From Azolla caroliniana (lineage: Eukaryota > Plantae > Polypodiophyta): a stretch of 51,662 nt of DNA. This document shows positions 12,954 to 25,253 of the stretch, piece by piece (positions within the stretch are counted from its first letter, which is position 1; each line of letters begins with the position of its first letter). Location of the stretch: NCBI GenBank assembly GCA_043228905.1, contig JBHGNT010000215.1, forward strand, positions 1 to 51,662, written 5' to 3'. A program made the translations under genes and the position numbers. The notes under the pieces are model-generated. The model searched no databases, was not told where the DNA came from, and saw only the letters and a program-made list of their open reading frames with translations.

Positions 12954-15248
12954 TGTTGAGCGGACAAGGGAACCGACAAAGCTCGCACTACACAGATGAA
13001 TCGGAAGGATCCGGAACCGAAAAGACCGGAAAAGGGCCAACCTTTGTGATGAAGCACACGACGAACTCGATGAAGAAGACAACTTCCGGATCGGAGGAAG
13101 TGTGGTACGTTGACTTTGGAGCATCAAACCACATGACGAGCCATGAAGAGTGGTTCTCATTTTTGGAAAACCAGAACAACAAGGAATGTCAAAACTGGAG
13201 ATGACACTCCTCACTCGATTGTGTATGTCGGGGAAGTCCCTTTAAGCCATGTCGAACAAAATGGAAAGCTAATGCACGTACTATATGTTCCGAAAATAAC
13301 AAAGAACCTAGTGTTGGTTGAACAGATTGTTGACTTGGGGATGCCGGTGCGGTTCATGCACCTTGGGTGCTTCATAGAGGAAGAAGGCCTGGTAATCGCG
13401 CAAGGGCGCAGGGACAAGAGGATGTTCATCCTCAACACCAATGACGTTGGCTTCGCTATGTTCGCAAAAGGATAGAAAGTCGAGTCAGATATCGACTTGT
13501 GGCACAAGCGGATCAGCCACATCAACTACAAGAGGCTTCTAGACCTGCAATCGAAACAAGTTGTTTTCGGATTGCCAAAATTTAGTGGCCGGAAGGCCCA
13601 AATTTGTGAAGCCTGCCAGCTCAGGAAGCAACACTAGCTTCCGTTCCCCACCGAAAGAAACCGGAGCCTCCACAACCTCAATCTAATATATTCGGATGTA
13701 CGGGGACCGACAGAGAACGTTAGTCTTGGCGGGAGTCGATATTTCATCTCCTTCATCGATGACTATAGCCGGCACACATGGATCTACCTCATCAAGAAGA
13801 AAATTGATGTCTTCGACTGTTTCTGAAACCTGCAAAGTCTCATGGAACGGGAAATGGAGAGGAAGATCAAGTGCCTATGGTCGATTGGCAGAAAATAATA
13901 TTTTTCCGGCCAATGCAATAGTTATCTGTGGCAGAAAGGAATTAAGAGAGAATTCAGCTACCGCTACACACCAGAACAAAACGGTGTGGCCTAAAGGAAG
14001 AACCGGTCGATCGTCGGCGCAACACAAACAATGCTGTAAGAGAAGAGCATGCCCAAGTTCTATTAGGCCGAAGCGGTCAAGACGATTGTCTACATCCAAA
14101 ACCAGATCGGGGATAATGTGTCAACCCATGAGCTGTACTTCGGGCGGAAGCTGAATTTAAGGCACCTTAAGATATTCAGTAGCATTGCATATGTGCATGT
14201 GCTGGATGAGAAGTAGAGAAATCTGGACTTGAAGTCGGAGAAGTGCATCCTTGTCGGCTACTCATATGAGCAAAAGGGTTATAAGTGCTATAACCCCCGA
14301 ACAAAACAAATTTGAGTGAGCCGAATTTGATGAGTCGAACAGATCGAAGATGGACCTTCGGAAGAGAAGTCCGAGTTGGTACAAGGCCCGATTAGTGGCA
14401 AAGGGCTACGCGCAACAACACGACATCAACTACGATGAGACGTTCGTGCAGGTCGCAAAGATGACGACCGTTTGTGTCTTGCTTGCGGTGGTAGCAGCGA
14501 AGGGGCAACATCTACATTAGATGGATGTAAAGAACGTGTTCCTGCAAGGCGATCTTCAGGAATAGGTGTATATGGTTTAACCCCCCGGATTTCAGTTCGA
14601 CATTAATACATGGGCAGTGTGCCGATTGAAGAAGTCCCTCTACGGACTCAAGCAAGCCTTGCATACATGGAACACGAAGATCATGTAGAGACCGTGTCGG
14701 ATGGGGTTTTCTTCGTCGAAATCAGACTCTTCTCTCTACATTCGGCAAGGTCGGAATGAGTCAGTTAGTATTTTACTTTATGTTGATGATTTGGTCATCG
14801 CCGGTGCCGACTTGGATGAAATCAGCCGCATCAAGTCCCAACATGCGGCATTGTTCGAAATGAAGGATATTGGGGACCTTCATTACTTCCTCGGGATCGA
14901 AGTGATCCGCACCCCAGAGGGCATACTGATCAGTCAACGACATTATGTACCGAGTATGCTCTTGAATTTGGTATGACGGATTGCAAATCCGTCCCAACCC
15001 CTCTGGACTAGAATGTGAAGCTTCGCCATGACTCCGGAACGACATGGGACCCGAAAAGGTTTCGACAGATAGTCATAAGCCTTATCTATCTTCGACCGGA
15101 CCTCAATTATCCGGTCGTATTGATCAGTCAATTTATGGCGCATCCGACCGTGGAGCAACTTCAGTGCGTGCACAGAATCCTGCGATATGTAAGCGGCACA
15201 AAGGATAGGGGGTTGCTGTACCGTACCAGTGTAGCCGAACAACTTGCT
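12954..15248 (+). mobile_element. Deleted Ty1/copia (family A): PR-INT-RT pseudogene
   Basis: WYVDFGASNHM, LWHKRISHI, INT core and LLYVDDLVI. Begins with the LTR-start 15-mer TGTTGAGCGGACAAG. Internal deletions around 14330-14390. Confidence 0.9.
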
Positions 15249-15598
15249 AAATGGGCAACGAGCTAGAAAAAGGCTGAAGAAGGGGCACGATTGGGGACAA
15301 GAATAGTTACTCGGTCAAGGGGCTCTTGAATTGGAGCGAAATACTTATTAGTGGGATATGATTGTTAGCGATTATCCTAGGGTTTTATGAAGTTTTACAA
15401 TGATCTATTTGGACAAGTAAAACCTCAGATTGGTTGTTGCTTGATCCACATTATGTAATGGAACTCTATGATGTTTCTCCAAGATAATTATGCTCATGTT
15501 GTTCTAAGATGGAAAATATTTCATGTTCATTATGTTGTTTTGTGAGATTGTTTGTTACTTTGTGAGTGTGAATATGTTGGTGTTTTTTGATGTTGTAG

Positions 15599-16563
15599 AG
15601 TTTAAAGGGTTTGAATCTATTGCTCTTAAAGCCGATGGCAGTGTGGAAACTGTTGATGTTGCTGCGTGTTTAGAGGGCCACATCTTGAAAGTAGATGTAG
15701 CAACTGACACAAATGATCTAGTCACGCAAGTTGATCAAGCATGTTGCACAGATGATTTGATGTTGTAGGTAGATGCAACATGTGATACTAGTGGGCTAAT
15801 ATCGACCAGATCAATATCTACATGCACCAAGCCAATGACTAGGTCGACAACACAAGAGCACAAGAATGTGAAGCCAGGCCCAACATAGTCAACCAGGGGT
15901 TTGAAGAGGAAAAGGACACCAATCGTGCGGACAGAACCTGAGTTGATTGAAATTGATCGTGTGCTACTAGTAATTGGTGTAATAGAGGCTTAGTTACAGG
16001 AATGGAAACCTAAACCATTAGAAGTCGAAAGAAGAGCCTTGATCTTGGAGCTTGATAAAGTCCTGATGAGTGTGCGATATATGACACCAAGGAGGGACGC
16101 AAATCAATTTCTGGAGTGGGTTGTGCAATACTTTGATTTGTTTATTTGGAGTGAAAAACCATGTACAGATGTGTGGAAGTGTGTAGAAAGATTCTTCCCA
16201 AAGTGGTGACAACATTTCAAGGGTCAATGGACATGAGAGAATTGTGAGCAGAAGGATGTTCCAAGATTCAAAAGATTTTATGATTTTTGGGCCACTTGGC
16301 TAGATTATAATGCTCACAATACTTTGATTCTAGATACAGAACATTTTCGGCATTACTTCAACATTCGCAAATGTTGTCTCATTCTACTCGATGAAATGCA
16401 TGAACACTACTTGGTGAAAACAGCGAGCTGGCAACTAACTGCATGGTTGTGGACTCCATACCGAGCTCGGTATGCAGATCATATATGTAGAGAAGTTCCA
16501 TTGACCAGCAAGAGCTTAGCCATTTATAGGCGATTTGAAGACATTGGCAATGGGATGTTATAA
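15599..16563 (+). pseudogene. NIF/FCP1 (HAD-family CTD phosphatase)-like pseudogene exon
   Basis: A single frame with a few stops: RRALILELDKVL...PRRDANQFLEWVVQYFDLFIWSE...W...YNAHNTLILD...FN. The order matches NIF motifs LVLDLDxTL / RP..FL..F..IWS / NT++DD. Putative TTGTAG acceptor at 15598. Confidence 0.6.
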
Positions 16564-18809
16564 ATATGTAATTTGATGACAGATTAATCAATGAAGAATT
16601 AAATTGCTTGTTTTGAGTAACTTATCTACTGTGTAATTTTAAGAGAATGTTTAGGATTGCTGATTTCATGATAGTGCTTTTTTCTTAAAATTATGTAAAC
16701 TATTTTAACTTGTACATGGTTCACTTGAGTAAATCTGTATCTCAGAAAGAAGAATCCTAAACGATATTATTAAACTGGTTTTTAAGAAAGAAGACTGTAT
16801 ATGAAAAAGACACACGATTTTATTGAGAAAGAAGCACAAAAAGCAGACTGTATATAAAAAAAGAAACTCCCAAATAGGTCCATTAAACTGTTTATTTGCA
16901 ATACATGTGCTTTGTTTTTTTACAAAAAAACTGGCAATTGCTACTTGTAGCTACAAATTCCATGGCATACTGTTGTAAATACATTCATACACATTAGCAC
17001 TAACTGTGTATAAACCTGAGCAGCTATTGTATTGCAACATTGGGTGATGCACCTGACCAAATGAGAGTACATGTATGCCATTGGTTTGTCTTCTAATAGC
17101 CAATACACATAATCGTAATCATCTAGTCTTGCATAAAAAATACCTTCGATGTAGAATGTCCCGGTAGATACAACATTTCCCCAAGCATCTAATATATTCT
17201 GCGTTGCACACTGTTTACTAATCGTGCACTTCAATATATAGAAGTAGGCACCCTTTGAATTTCCTTCTTCTACATTTACAATGAAATTATCCCCAACATT
17301 CAAGACATCACTCAGAGTATCTCCACGTCCTTGATATGCGAAGTTAGCATTCTTTTTTGTTTCTCCATCAACTGCTTCCTTATCATTCAATGTATGATAC
17401 TCCCAATTCTGAATATATGCTTTGTTTAAACAATACCTCCAATTTCCCTACACACATTGGAAACAAAAACAAGTTAATTCTCTAACCACAATACAATGAC
17501 CATCCAACCTAGAATAACTGCGAACAACATGGAGAGATTGCAATTCGGGATTTCCTTGGCACTCCCAGGTCTTCTCCCTATTTACTTCATCTATCTTCAC
17601 TTCCCAAAATTCACGTTTGATATCTTGGACCTGCAAGGAATAAACACAAGTTGCAGTCGTTGACATATTAGCTCTTAAAAATTCAACTACATGTGCTGCA
17701 CAATTCATCTGCACACCATCTGCCTTTAGTTGTTAATGGGTAAGTGCCCGCTTTATAACAACACCTGCACCATCATGTTCACCTTTACCATGGTCAAACT
17801 CAAAAAAATCCATCTCATCTCCAAACCTGTTATAGCAGGATATCTCCCCACAAAATAAAATGGACCTCTAGCCTTGAAATTGTGACGCAGCTCCAACAGA
17901 CTAGACCCAATGTTGAGTAAGCTCCAAACGTTTAGCTAATAACCATTGCCAATGTAAGTTAAAACAATGTTGGATGGACAAGGTATCATGTTTCTTATCA
18001 TCAGAAATAAAAAAACGAATTCACTTTTTTAACATCACCAAAAACTCGAAAATATGTTATCTGCACAAAAATGGTTACCTACGTTGAACACCAATGTATA
18101 GATTGAATTTCATTTAGCTGCTTGAAAGTATAATTCTCTACGAAATCTACTATTGAGACTACTACATCATTTGGAAAATCAGATATGCAAGTCTTAAATT
18201 GATGGGCTTGCTATGAATAAATGAAGTTGTGTTTAATGAACTTTCCAAGGGATACTACAAATAGAGACGCCAAATCCCTTGGTTTAAGCGACTTCCTAAC
18301 TAAATCCTTTCTTTTACACACCTTTCCTTCGAAATTGGTGTCAACTGACTCCAATAACTTGACAGAGATTAATATTTCACTACTCAATTGATTTGGGAAC
18401 CACCTAAATCTACTAGGGCCACAATCTTGACATAAACCTATGACACATTTATGACTGTGAAAGATGGCCTAAGTTTCTCTCGGACACAATACTGAATCTA
18501 AAAGACAACTCATGGAAGAGATAACATGCTCAAATGATTTACAGTGCTCTTGCGGGCTCGATCGACAAATTGGGCACTCACAAGTGCAAACTGTATTAGT
18601 TAGGGAGGCGCTATGGGGACGTAGTAGATTAACAGAGTCCTTGAGAAAACCCATTTGTACATGGTAAATGCAACAACATGTGTATCGATCCTTCAAGCGT
18701 CTCACAAAGTGTGGCTTAAGAGACTCGAATGTTCATAGTTGAACTTTGATATTTGGATGCATTCGCTTGAACCTAATAAATAAATTGACTTGCGTAATAA
18801 AATGGACAT

Positions 18810-19995
18810 ACTAATTAGCTTATTAGCTATACTCCAAACCTGTTATAGTAGCTAATAAGCTATTCTGGTAGCTAATTAGCCATTTTGGTAGCTAATTAGC
18901 TATTCTAGTAGCTAATTAGTTGGTAATAACTAAATTAGCTATTGCGAATATACTAATTAGCTATCTTGGTAGTTAAATAGTTGTTAATAGCTAAATTAGC
19001 TATTGGGAATAGTTAGTTAGCTATGTTTGGTGGCTAATTAGCTATCCTTACAACTAATTAGCTGGTAATAACTAAATTAGCTATTGCGAATAACTAGTTA
19101 CCTAATTTGGTATCTAATTAGCTATAGTCATATCGAGCTAATTAACTAGTTAGCTAGTTAACTATTCTGGTAGCTAATTAGCTAGTCATACACAGCTATT
19201 CTGGTAACTAAATAGCTATGCTCATATTCTTAAGTAGCTAATTAGCTATTCTGGTAGCTAAATAGCTATGCTCATATTCTTAGGTAGCTAATTAGCTATT
19301 CTGGTAGCTAATTAGCCGAGAGTGCTAGCTAATTTGCTATGATTGGTAGCTAATTAGCTATTCTAGTAGCTAATTAGCTATCCTAGTATCTAATTAGCTG
19401 GTAATAACTAAATTAGCTATTAAGAATAGCTAGTTAGCTATTCTGGTAGCTAATTAGCTATAGTCATACACAGTTTATTAGCTATTCAGGTAGGTAAATA
19501 GCTATGCTCATATTCTTAGGTAGCTAATTAGCTATTCTAATAGGGGATTAGCTATTCTAGTAGCTAATTTGCTATAGTCATAAGAAGCTAATTAGCTATT
19601 GTCATAGGTAGCTAATTAGCTATTTTGGTAGCTAAATAGCTATGATTGGTAGCTAATTATCTATTTTGGTAGCTAAATAGCTATGTTCGATATTCTTAGG
19701 TAGTTAATTAACTATTATGGTAGCGAATTAGTTGGTAATAGCTAAATTAGCTATTGGCAATCACTATTAAGCTATTACTAGTAGCTAGTTAGCTATGGTC
19801 ATATTCTGAGGTAGCTAATTAGCTTTTCTTGTAGCTAATTAGCTATTATTGGTAGCTAGTTAGCTATGGTCATATTCTGCGGGAGCTAATTAGATATTCT
19901 GGTAGCTAGTTAGCTATGGTCATATTCTGAGGTAGGTAAATAACTATTCTGGTATGGTCATATTCGGAGGTAGCTAATAAGCTAACTAACTAAGC
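18810..19995. repeat. TAGCTAATTAGCTA palindromic satellite
   Basis: Dozens of degenerate ~20-25-bp units containing TAGCTAATTAGCTA. Confidence 0.95.
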
Positions 19996-20450
19996 TCAAA
20001 AGTCAAAACAAATGTTGAGATAAATGTAAATACTTAAGGTACATCAAGAAGATGAATGGGATGCTCCTCGTATTGACTCCTTCCAACACGTTTCTTGCAT
20101 AAATCCTTCTTATTGGGTGAAACCCTACTCTCATTAGTCCACAATATTGTGATTATATCCTTGATTTCTGATTTTATGGGTGTCATTGGCTTACCTTTTA
20201 TTGTTAGCTTTAGCAGACTGGTTCCTTCACCCGAGGAAACTATCCGGTTCAATGTATTGTACACAATTTTTCTACTAACACCAATTACCTTAGATAGCAC
20301 ACTAATGTTAATATCGTCAACATCACTATTAAGTAACATCATTAGACCAGACATTTTTAAGACAATATCATCTTTTGACTTGCTCATGTATACGAAACTA
20401 TTACGAAGATTATTTACTGGTACAGATGTTATGTTTGCATTAACACCATC

Positions 20451-21085
20451 ACAATCAACTAACTCCTTTATCGATGGATCATTTAATATTCCATAAAGTA
20501 CTACCTTCATTGCTGATGTGCTTGGTTTGAACATTGAAATAGTCTACAACCTTTCTCTCTATGATAGTAGTTTCATTACTTCCATTCTCAGTGATATTTA
20601 GACCTATATCGCAACCAATACTATTTTTACCTTTAGTGAGTGTGGCTTTCGTATCCTTCAACAATCAACTAACTCCTTTATCGATGGATCATTTAATATT
20701 CCATAAAGTACTACCTTCATTGTTGATGTGCTTGGTTTGAACATTGAAATAGTCTACAACCTTTCTCTCTATGATAGTAGTTTCATTACTTCCATTCTCA
20801 GTGATATTTAGACCTATATCGCAACCAATACTATTTTTACCTTTAGTGAGTGTGGCTTTCGTATCCTTCAACAATCAACTAACTCCTTTATCGATGGATC
20901 ATTTAATATTCCATAAAGTACTACCTTCATTGTTGATGTGCTTGGTTTGAACATTGAAATAGTCAAAACCTTTCTCTCTATGATAGTAGTTTCATTACTT
21001 CCATTCTCAGTGATATTTAGACCTATATCGCAACCAATACTATTTTTACCTTTAGTGAGTGTGGCTTTCGTATCCTTCAACAATT
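20451..21085. repeat. 210-bp tandem triplication within the transposase
   Basis: Near-identical units start at 20451, 20661 and 20871. Confidence 0.95.
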
Positions 21086-21349
21086 GACGATGTTTTCTTT
21101 TCTTTTTCTGCCCTATACTATCATATCACTTGTTGTGTCCTAATAGCATCATCCCTATCCTGATGATCATTGAGAGGTAATTCTAAACACCCTCCTTCCC
21201 CTTCCATTTGGCTTGACGGGTTTAAACCCTAATTTTCCCGAAAAAAAGAGATGTATTAAAGATGGCTATGGGTAACAATAATACACAAAAATATTCCGCA
21301 ATACACAAGATTATACACAACAATACACAAGATAATCAATAGATAGAAT

Positions 21350-22490
21350 AGTTATTGAAATCCAAGACCGAACAATGCTGGTAATACAGGGCCGAATAGT
21401 GGCGGCAACTGAGTGTAGAATGGCGGCAGTGGAGGAGTGAACTCTGTTTGATAGAACAATTTTGGCAATCCACAACTAAGTGTAGAATGATGGCAATGGA
21501 GGAGTGAATTCTGTTGGATCGAACAGTGGCAGATGATGCTTGGAACGCACAATGACGGTAACTGAGAGTACAATGGTGGCAGTGGTGAAGGAGTGAACTC
21601 CCTCGGATCGAAAAGTGGCAGTAATACATGACTGAACAGTAGCGGCAACTAAGTGTAGAATGATGGCAATGGAGGAGTGAACTCCGTCAGATCGAACAGT
21701 GGCAGATGAGGCTTGGAACGCACAGTGACGGCAAATGAGAGTAGAATGGTGGTAGTTATTAGAGATCTAGGTACTAAAGTAAGCTTAAGATAAGGATAAA
21801 GTAATGATAGATAGAAAGGAGAAAGAGAAAGAAGGGTGCCGATCCACCCGACCACCCCCGAGCGAAGGGATCGAGACGGACTCGAGCCTCGATCGGCGTC
21901 CCATACCACCGCCGTGGCGTCGAGTCGTACTTGGTGCTGGCGCGCTCGCTACAAGAGTTCACCCACCACAAGAGTAGAGTCTCGATGTAGTCAAAAGATG
22001 ATCCAATGAGGGTAGCTAGGCCTCTTATTTATAACGATACCCAAGGCCCCCAGGCAAGTTCACACTTGACCTAATGGGTTGTCTCAATCCCGAGGATTAA
22101 AAGTAATCCTCCCCTTCTTTACACTCTCGTTTAACCCTCACACTTATCCACGTGTATAGAATACTACGGTAAATTCTCACCACAGGACATTAAATGGTCA
22201 TGCCCGTAACAGTAGTGGAGGAGTTAACTCTGTCAGATCGAAAAGTGGCAGCAATATACGGCCTTCACATTAGCGAGAACTGAGTGTAGAGTGGCGGCAA
22301 TGGAGGAGTGAACTTGGCAAATGATGCTTGGACTAAACAGTGGCGACAACTGAGTGTAGAATGGCGGCAATGGAGGAGTGAACTCTGTTGGATCGAACAG
22401 TGGAAGATGATACTTGGACCGCACAATGTCGGTAATTGAGTGTAGAATGGTGGCAATTGAGGAGTGGACTCAATAGGGTTTAGCAATAGT
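21350..22490. repeat. Degenerate ~60-85-bp tandem array, split by a solo LTR
   Basis: Recurrent GAGTGTAGAATGGCGGCAATGGAGGAGTGAACTCTGTTGGATCGAACAGTGG. Confidence 0.88.
21757..22211 (-). mobile_element. Solo LTR (455 bp)
   Basis: TATTA...GTAACA termini (TG mutated to TA); exact 5-bp TSD GTAGT at 21752-21756 and 22212-22216; minus-strand TATAAATA. Confidence 0.8.
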
Positions 22491-22669
22491 GGTAGTAATC
22501 TAAGCTAGAATATTCAACCAGAGATGGCCCACGTGATGTGTCAAAGGATCATGCATAATGGACCTAGGAATTCGGTATATAATTTATGGTGCACATATCA
22601 ATTTATGTTGCACGTTTATGTTGCACATTTATGGTGCTCGTTTATATAATTAAAACTCTCTACTATTTT

Positions 22670-22794
22670 CAATGGTAGCTTTTTGCATAGCTAATTTATC
22701 ATTGGTAGTTTTTTGCAAAAATGACTATTTATCAATGGTAGCTTTTTGCATAGCTAATTAGCTATGTCAAGGACATAGCTAATTGTTCCCACTC
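22670..22794 (-). mobile_element. Putative terminus/subterminal region of the Sola-like transposon
   Basis: TAGCTAATT motifs recur here and end at ...GTTCCCACTC (reverse complement GAGTGGGAAC...). The partner TIR is not seen. Confidence 0.4.
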
Positions 22795-23745
22795 GCATGG
22801 TTTCACCCCCATCATTACCAGGAAAATACATCCATGTTCTGAAATTGAGTCTCGAAATTGATTATCGCCTTGATTTAGGGTTAAATACATCCATATCCTT
22901 TGAAATGTAGCCGGTGCTATTGGACATGCTTGGCATCCATTGATAGATGTATTTGGTGTTGGTAAAATTTCGGGTTGAGCCCCTTCATATCACCGTGCGA
23001 CCAGTCAAATACATCCATGTCCCGAAATTGATTTCGTCTAATGTCGAAGCTCTGACTCACCGGGAGATCTCCATTTCACGGTCGAACATGGTCGTGGCGT
23101 GGCTCACCTAGAAGCATACCGTTGTGTAGACAAAAGATATCGTGAAAGTGAGGAAGGAATCACTGGGATTATGGATGGAAGAGACGAAAGAGTAGAGATA
23201 GAGTAAATAGAGATCAACAAGATATGACAAGATGGGATATAGAATGATATTTGAAGGAATGAAAGAAACTTATAATTATTTGATGAATGAGTCACAAAAT
23301 GATTGCGAGCATCGTTGAACCTTCGAGCTTTGTTTCATAACATAATCACTCTTCTCTTTCTTGATGGTAGACCATAGTCTTCCCTTCAATCTCTCGAGAA
23401 GTATAAGACTTGAATCGCTGCCCTTCCGTTGCGAGTTGAGGACCACCACCACCAAGCTAGTTCTTCTTTTCTCTTTTAAAAATACCTTTCTCTCTCTCTT
23501 TCTCTATTACAATATATCTTTCTCTAGATCCAATATAATCATTTCCATCTTATTTCTTGGTTTCTTTTGTCTATACTTCCTTCTCCTTTTATAGGGAAGA
23601 GATGGTTCTACATGTGGGCCATGTGGCGCACATACAGAGAGCCTCTTGCATGTGTGCTATATGGTGCACATGTAGCTCGTTTGATGGTTTAAACCATATA
23701 ATATTACTTCAAATAAAAAGAAGACACATATTTATACACATTACA

Positions 23746-23953
23746 AGCATAGTCTAAATGGTAAGATTTGAATGTTGTAAGTTTAAGGTTGTTGGTTCAA
23801 GTCCTCTTTTGCCCATGTAATTTGCTATATGGTGTGCATGTATTATATTACATGGTTTTATATATTTTATAAATTATAAGTATAGGTTAAATGGTAACCT
23901 TTGAGTGTTATAAGCTAGGGTTTAATGGTTCAAGTCCTCTTTTGTCCATGTAA
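23746..23953 (+). repeat. Two degenerate tRNA-like (A-box/B-box) units
   Basis: TAGNNTAAATGGTAA...GGTTCAAGTCCTCTTTTGYCCATGTAA at 23746-23820 and ~23879-23953. Confidence 0.5.
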
Positions 23954-24088
23954 TATAATATATATTTTTGCCTCTACATATATTGTATAATATTATCATA
24001 GTCTGTTATTAATATTGTCTTTATGTATAAAACATTATAAAGGTTTACTTTATTTTTGTTACATATTTATCTTATTGTAGAATTTTAA

Positions 24089-24753
24089 TGTGAAGCTTTC
24101 GTACTTCACGACAACGCTTCCTATGCTCGTCGAAGCTTTGTGACCGCCTCCATGTCTGGCTCACAAACATCTGGCTCGACCCTTGTCAGTTTGATGTGCG
24201 CGTCGGTCGTTCCTATTTCGAATAGGCGTACAAGACGCAAGTTTTCTTCAAGGTATTGATCCGCTTCTTCATCGTCTAATCCTTCTAGTATGTAGATTTC
24301 TTCTTAATACAACGGGTGTTATCCCTCTAGAAAACACTGCCTACCCTTAGTCCTATGGGGTACGACTCAAGGGGATTGTGGTATAGGGAATGGAGAGCGT
24401 AGTATGCCTAATCTTAGACAATCGCAAATAGGCGGTACGTCACGGGGTGCCCTCTACGGCAGGGTGCTTAACAGGAGACAACTATAATTTAGCTCCTTCT
24501 CGTCGTGCATCACTTTTTACACAGATGCGCTTACTTACCATATGTAACAGATACACTTGTGAATAAACACAGAGTTCAGAAAGACAGTAAGATTATATTA
24601 AACGGGTTATAGAAAAAACTACACTTCCTCTTTACAATGTACCTATGCCCTTTATATATACAGGACATAGACGGTTATGCTTAGTGCGTGAAACGTTACA
24701 TGCATTTCTACTTTCTAACAACTCCATCATTACACGGCTACGCTTATACACTA
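24089..24753 (-). mobile_element. LTR-like sequence (target of the following copia insertion)
   Basis: GC shift, TG start, minus-strand TATA (CCCTTTATATATA). Boundaries are uncertain. Confidence 0.35.
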
Positions 24754-25253
24754 TGTTGAGATACAAGCTGAACATTGGCCAGATCGGTCTGTAAACCGGT
24801 GTGCAAACCGATGCGCAACAAGAGGCCAGATCGGTGTGGAAATCAGGAGGTTTTTGAATAGATATTCCATGAGGGAATATATTTGGGAGTTAGTGTAGGA
24901 GCTCAGTTATGAGCATTGAAGTACGTGTCAACACTTTTGTCAGTCCGTATGGACTTGTATAAAAGTGCTCTCTGAGCACATCCTATGTAAAGAGTTTTAC
25001 ACATTATTTTGAATTTAGTTTTTTTCTATGTGTTTTTCCCTCTCTATCTCTCCCGCATACATTGTGTCTTAAGATCTCCATTAAACCTGTTTTTCTCTGT
25101 CGGTATTTTGTGTTTCGTATAGCTTCCGCACTTAACATTTCACATGGTATTAGAGCGCGAGGGTTGAGAACCTCTGCAGCCGACTTCAGTTCGAAACAAC
25201 AGAAAAAACCTAATCTCGGTGAAGAATGAAAAGAAAAAAAAAAGGATAGAGGT

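Larger units (their letters stand above)
16941..21207 (-). pseudogene. DDD DNA-transposase pseudogene, Sola-like (probably Sola2 type), with an intron at ~18790-20033
   Basis: Minus-strand motifs TCCCIYHVQM, VDFVENY...EIQSIHW, FISDDKKHD, HWVxSVGAASQF and FFEFDHGKGEHDGAG. Stops and frameshifts throughout. The superfamily is assigned from motif memory, not from a search. Confidence 0.7.

Noticed and set aside
20451-21085. Regular repeats (also 21350-22490 and 28105-28821) considered as a CRISPR-like array
   Set aside because: Contiguous tandem units with no unique spacers, in a eukaryotic context with no cas genes.
21336-21648. Pro/His/Cys-rich short ORFs
   Set aside because: Translations of the tandem repeat.
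23115-23680. Possible minus-strand LTR fragment
   Set aside because: LTR-like composition, but I could not define termini or a TSD.
23746-23953. Functional tRNA genes
   Set aside because: Acceptor and anticodon stems do not pair; kept only as tRNA-like repeats.
24749-24753. CACTA motif as an EnSpm terminus
   Set aside because: It is the 5-bp TSD of the copia, repeated directly at 30921-30925.
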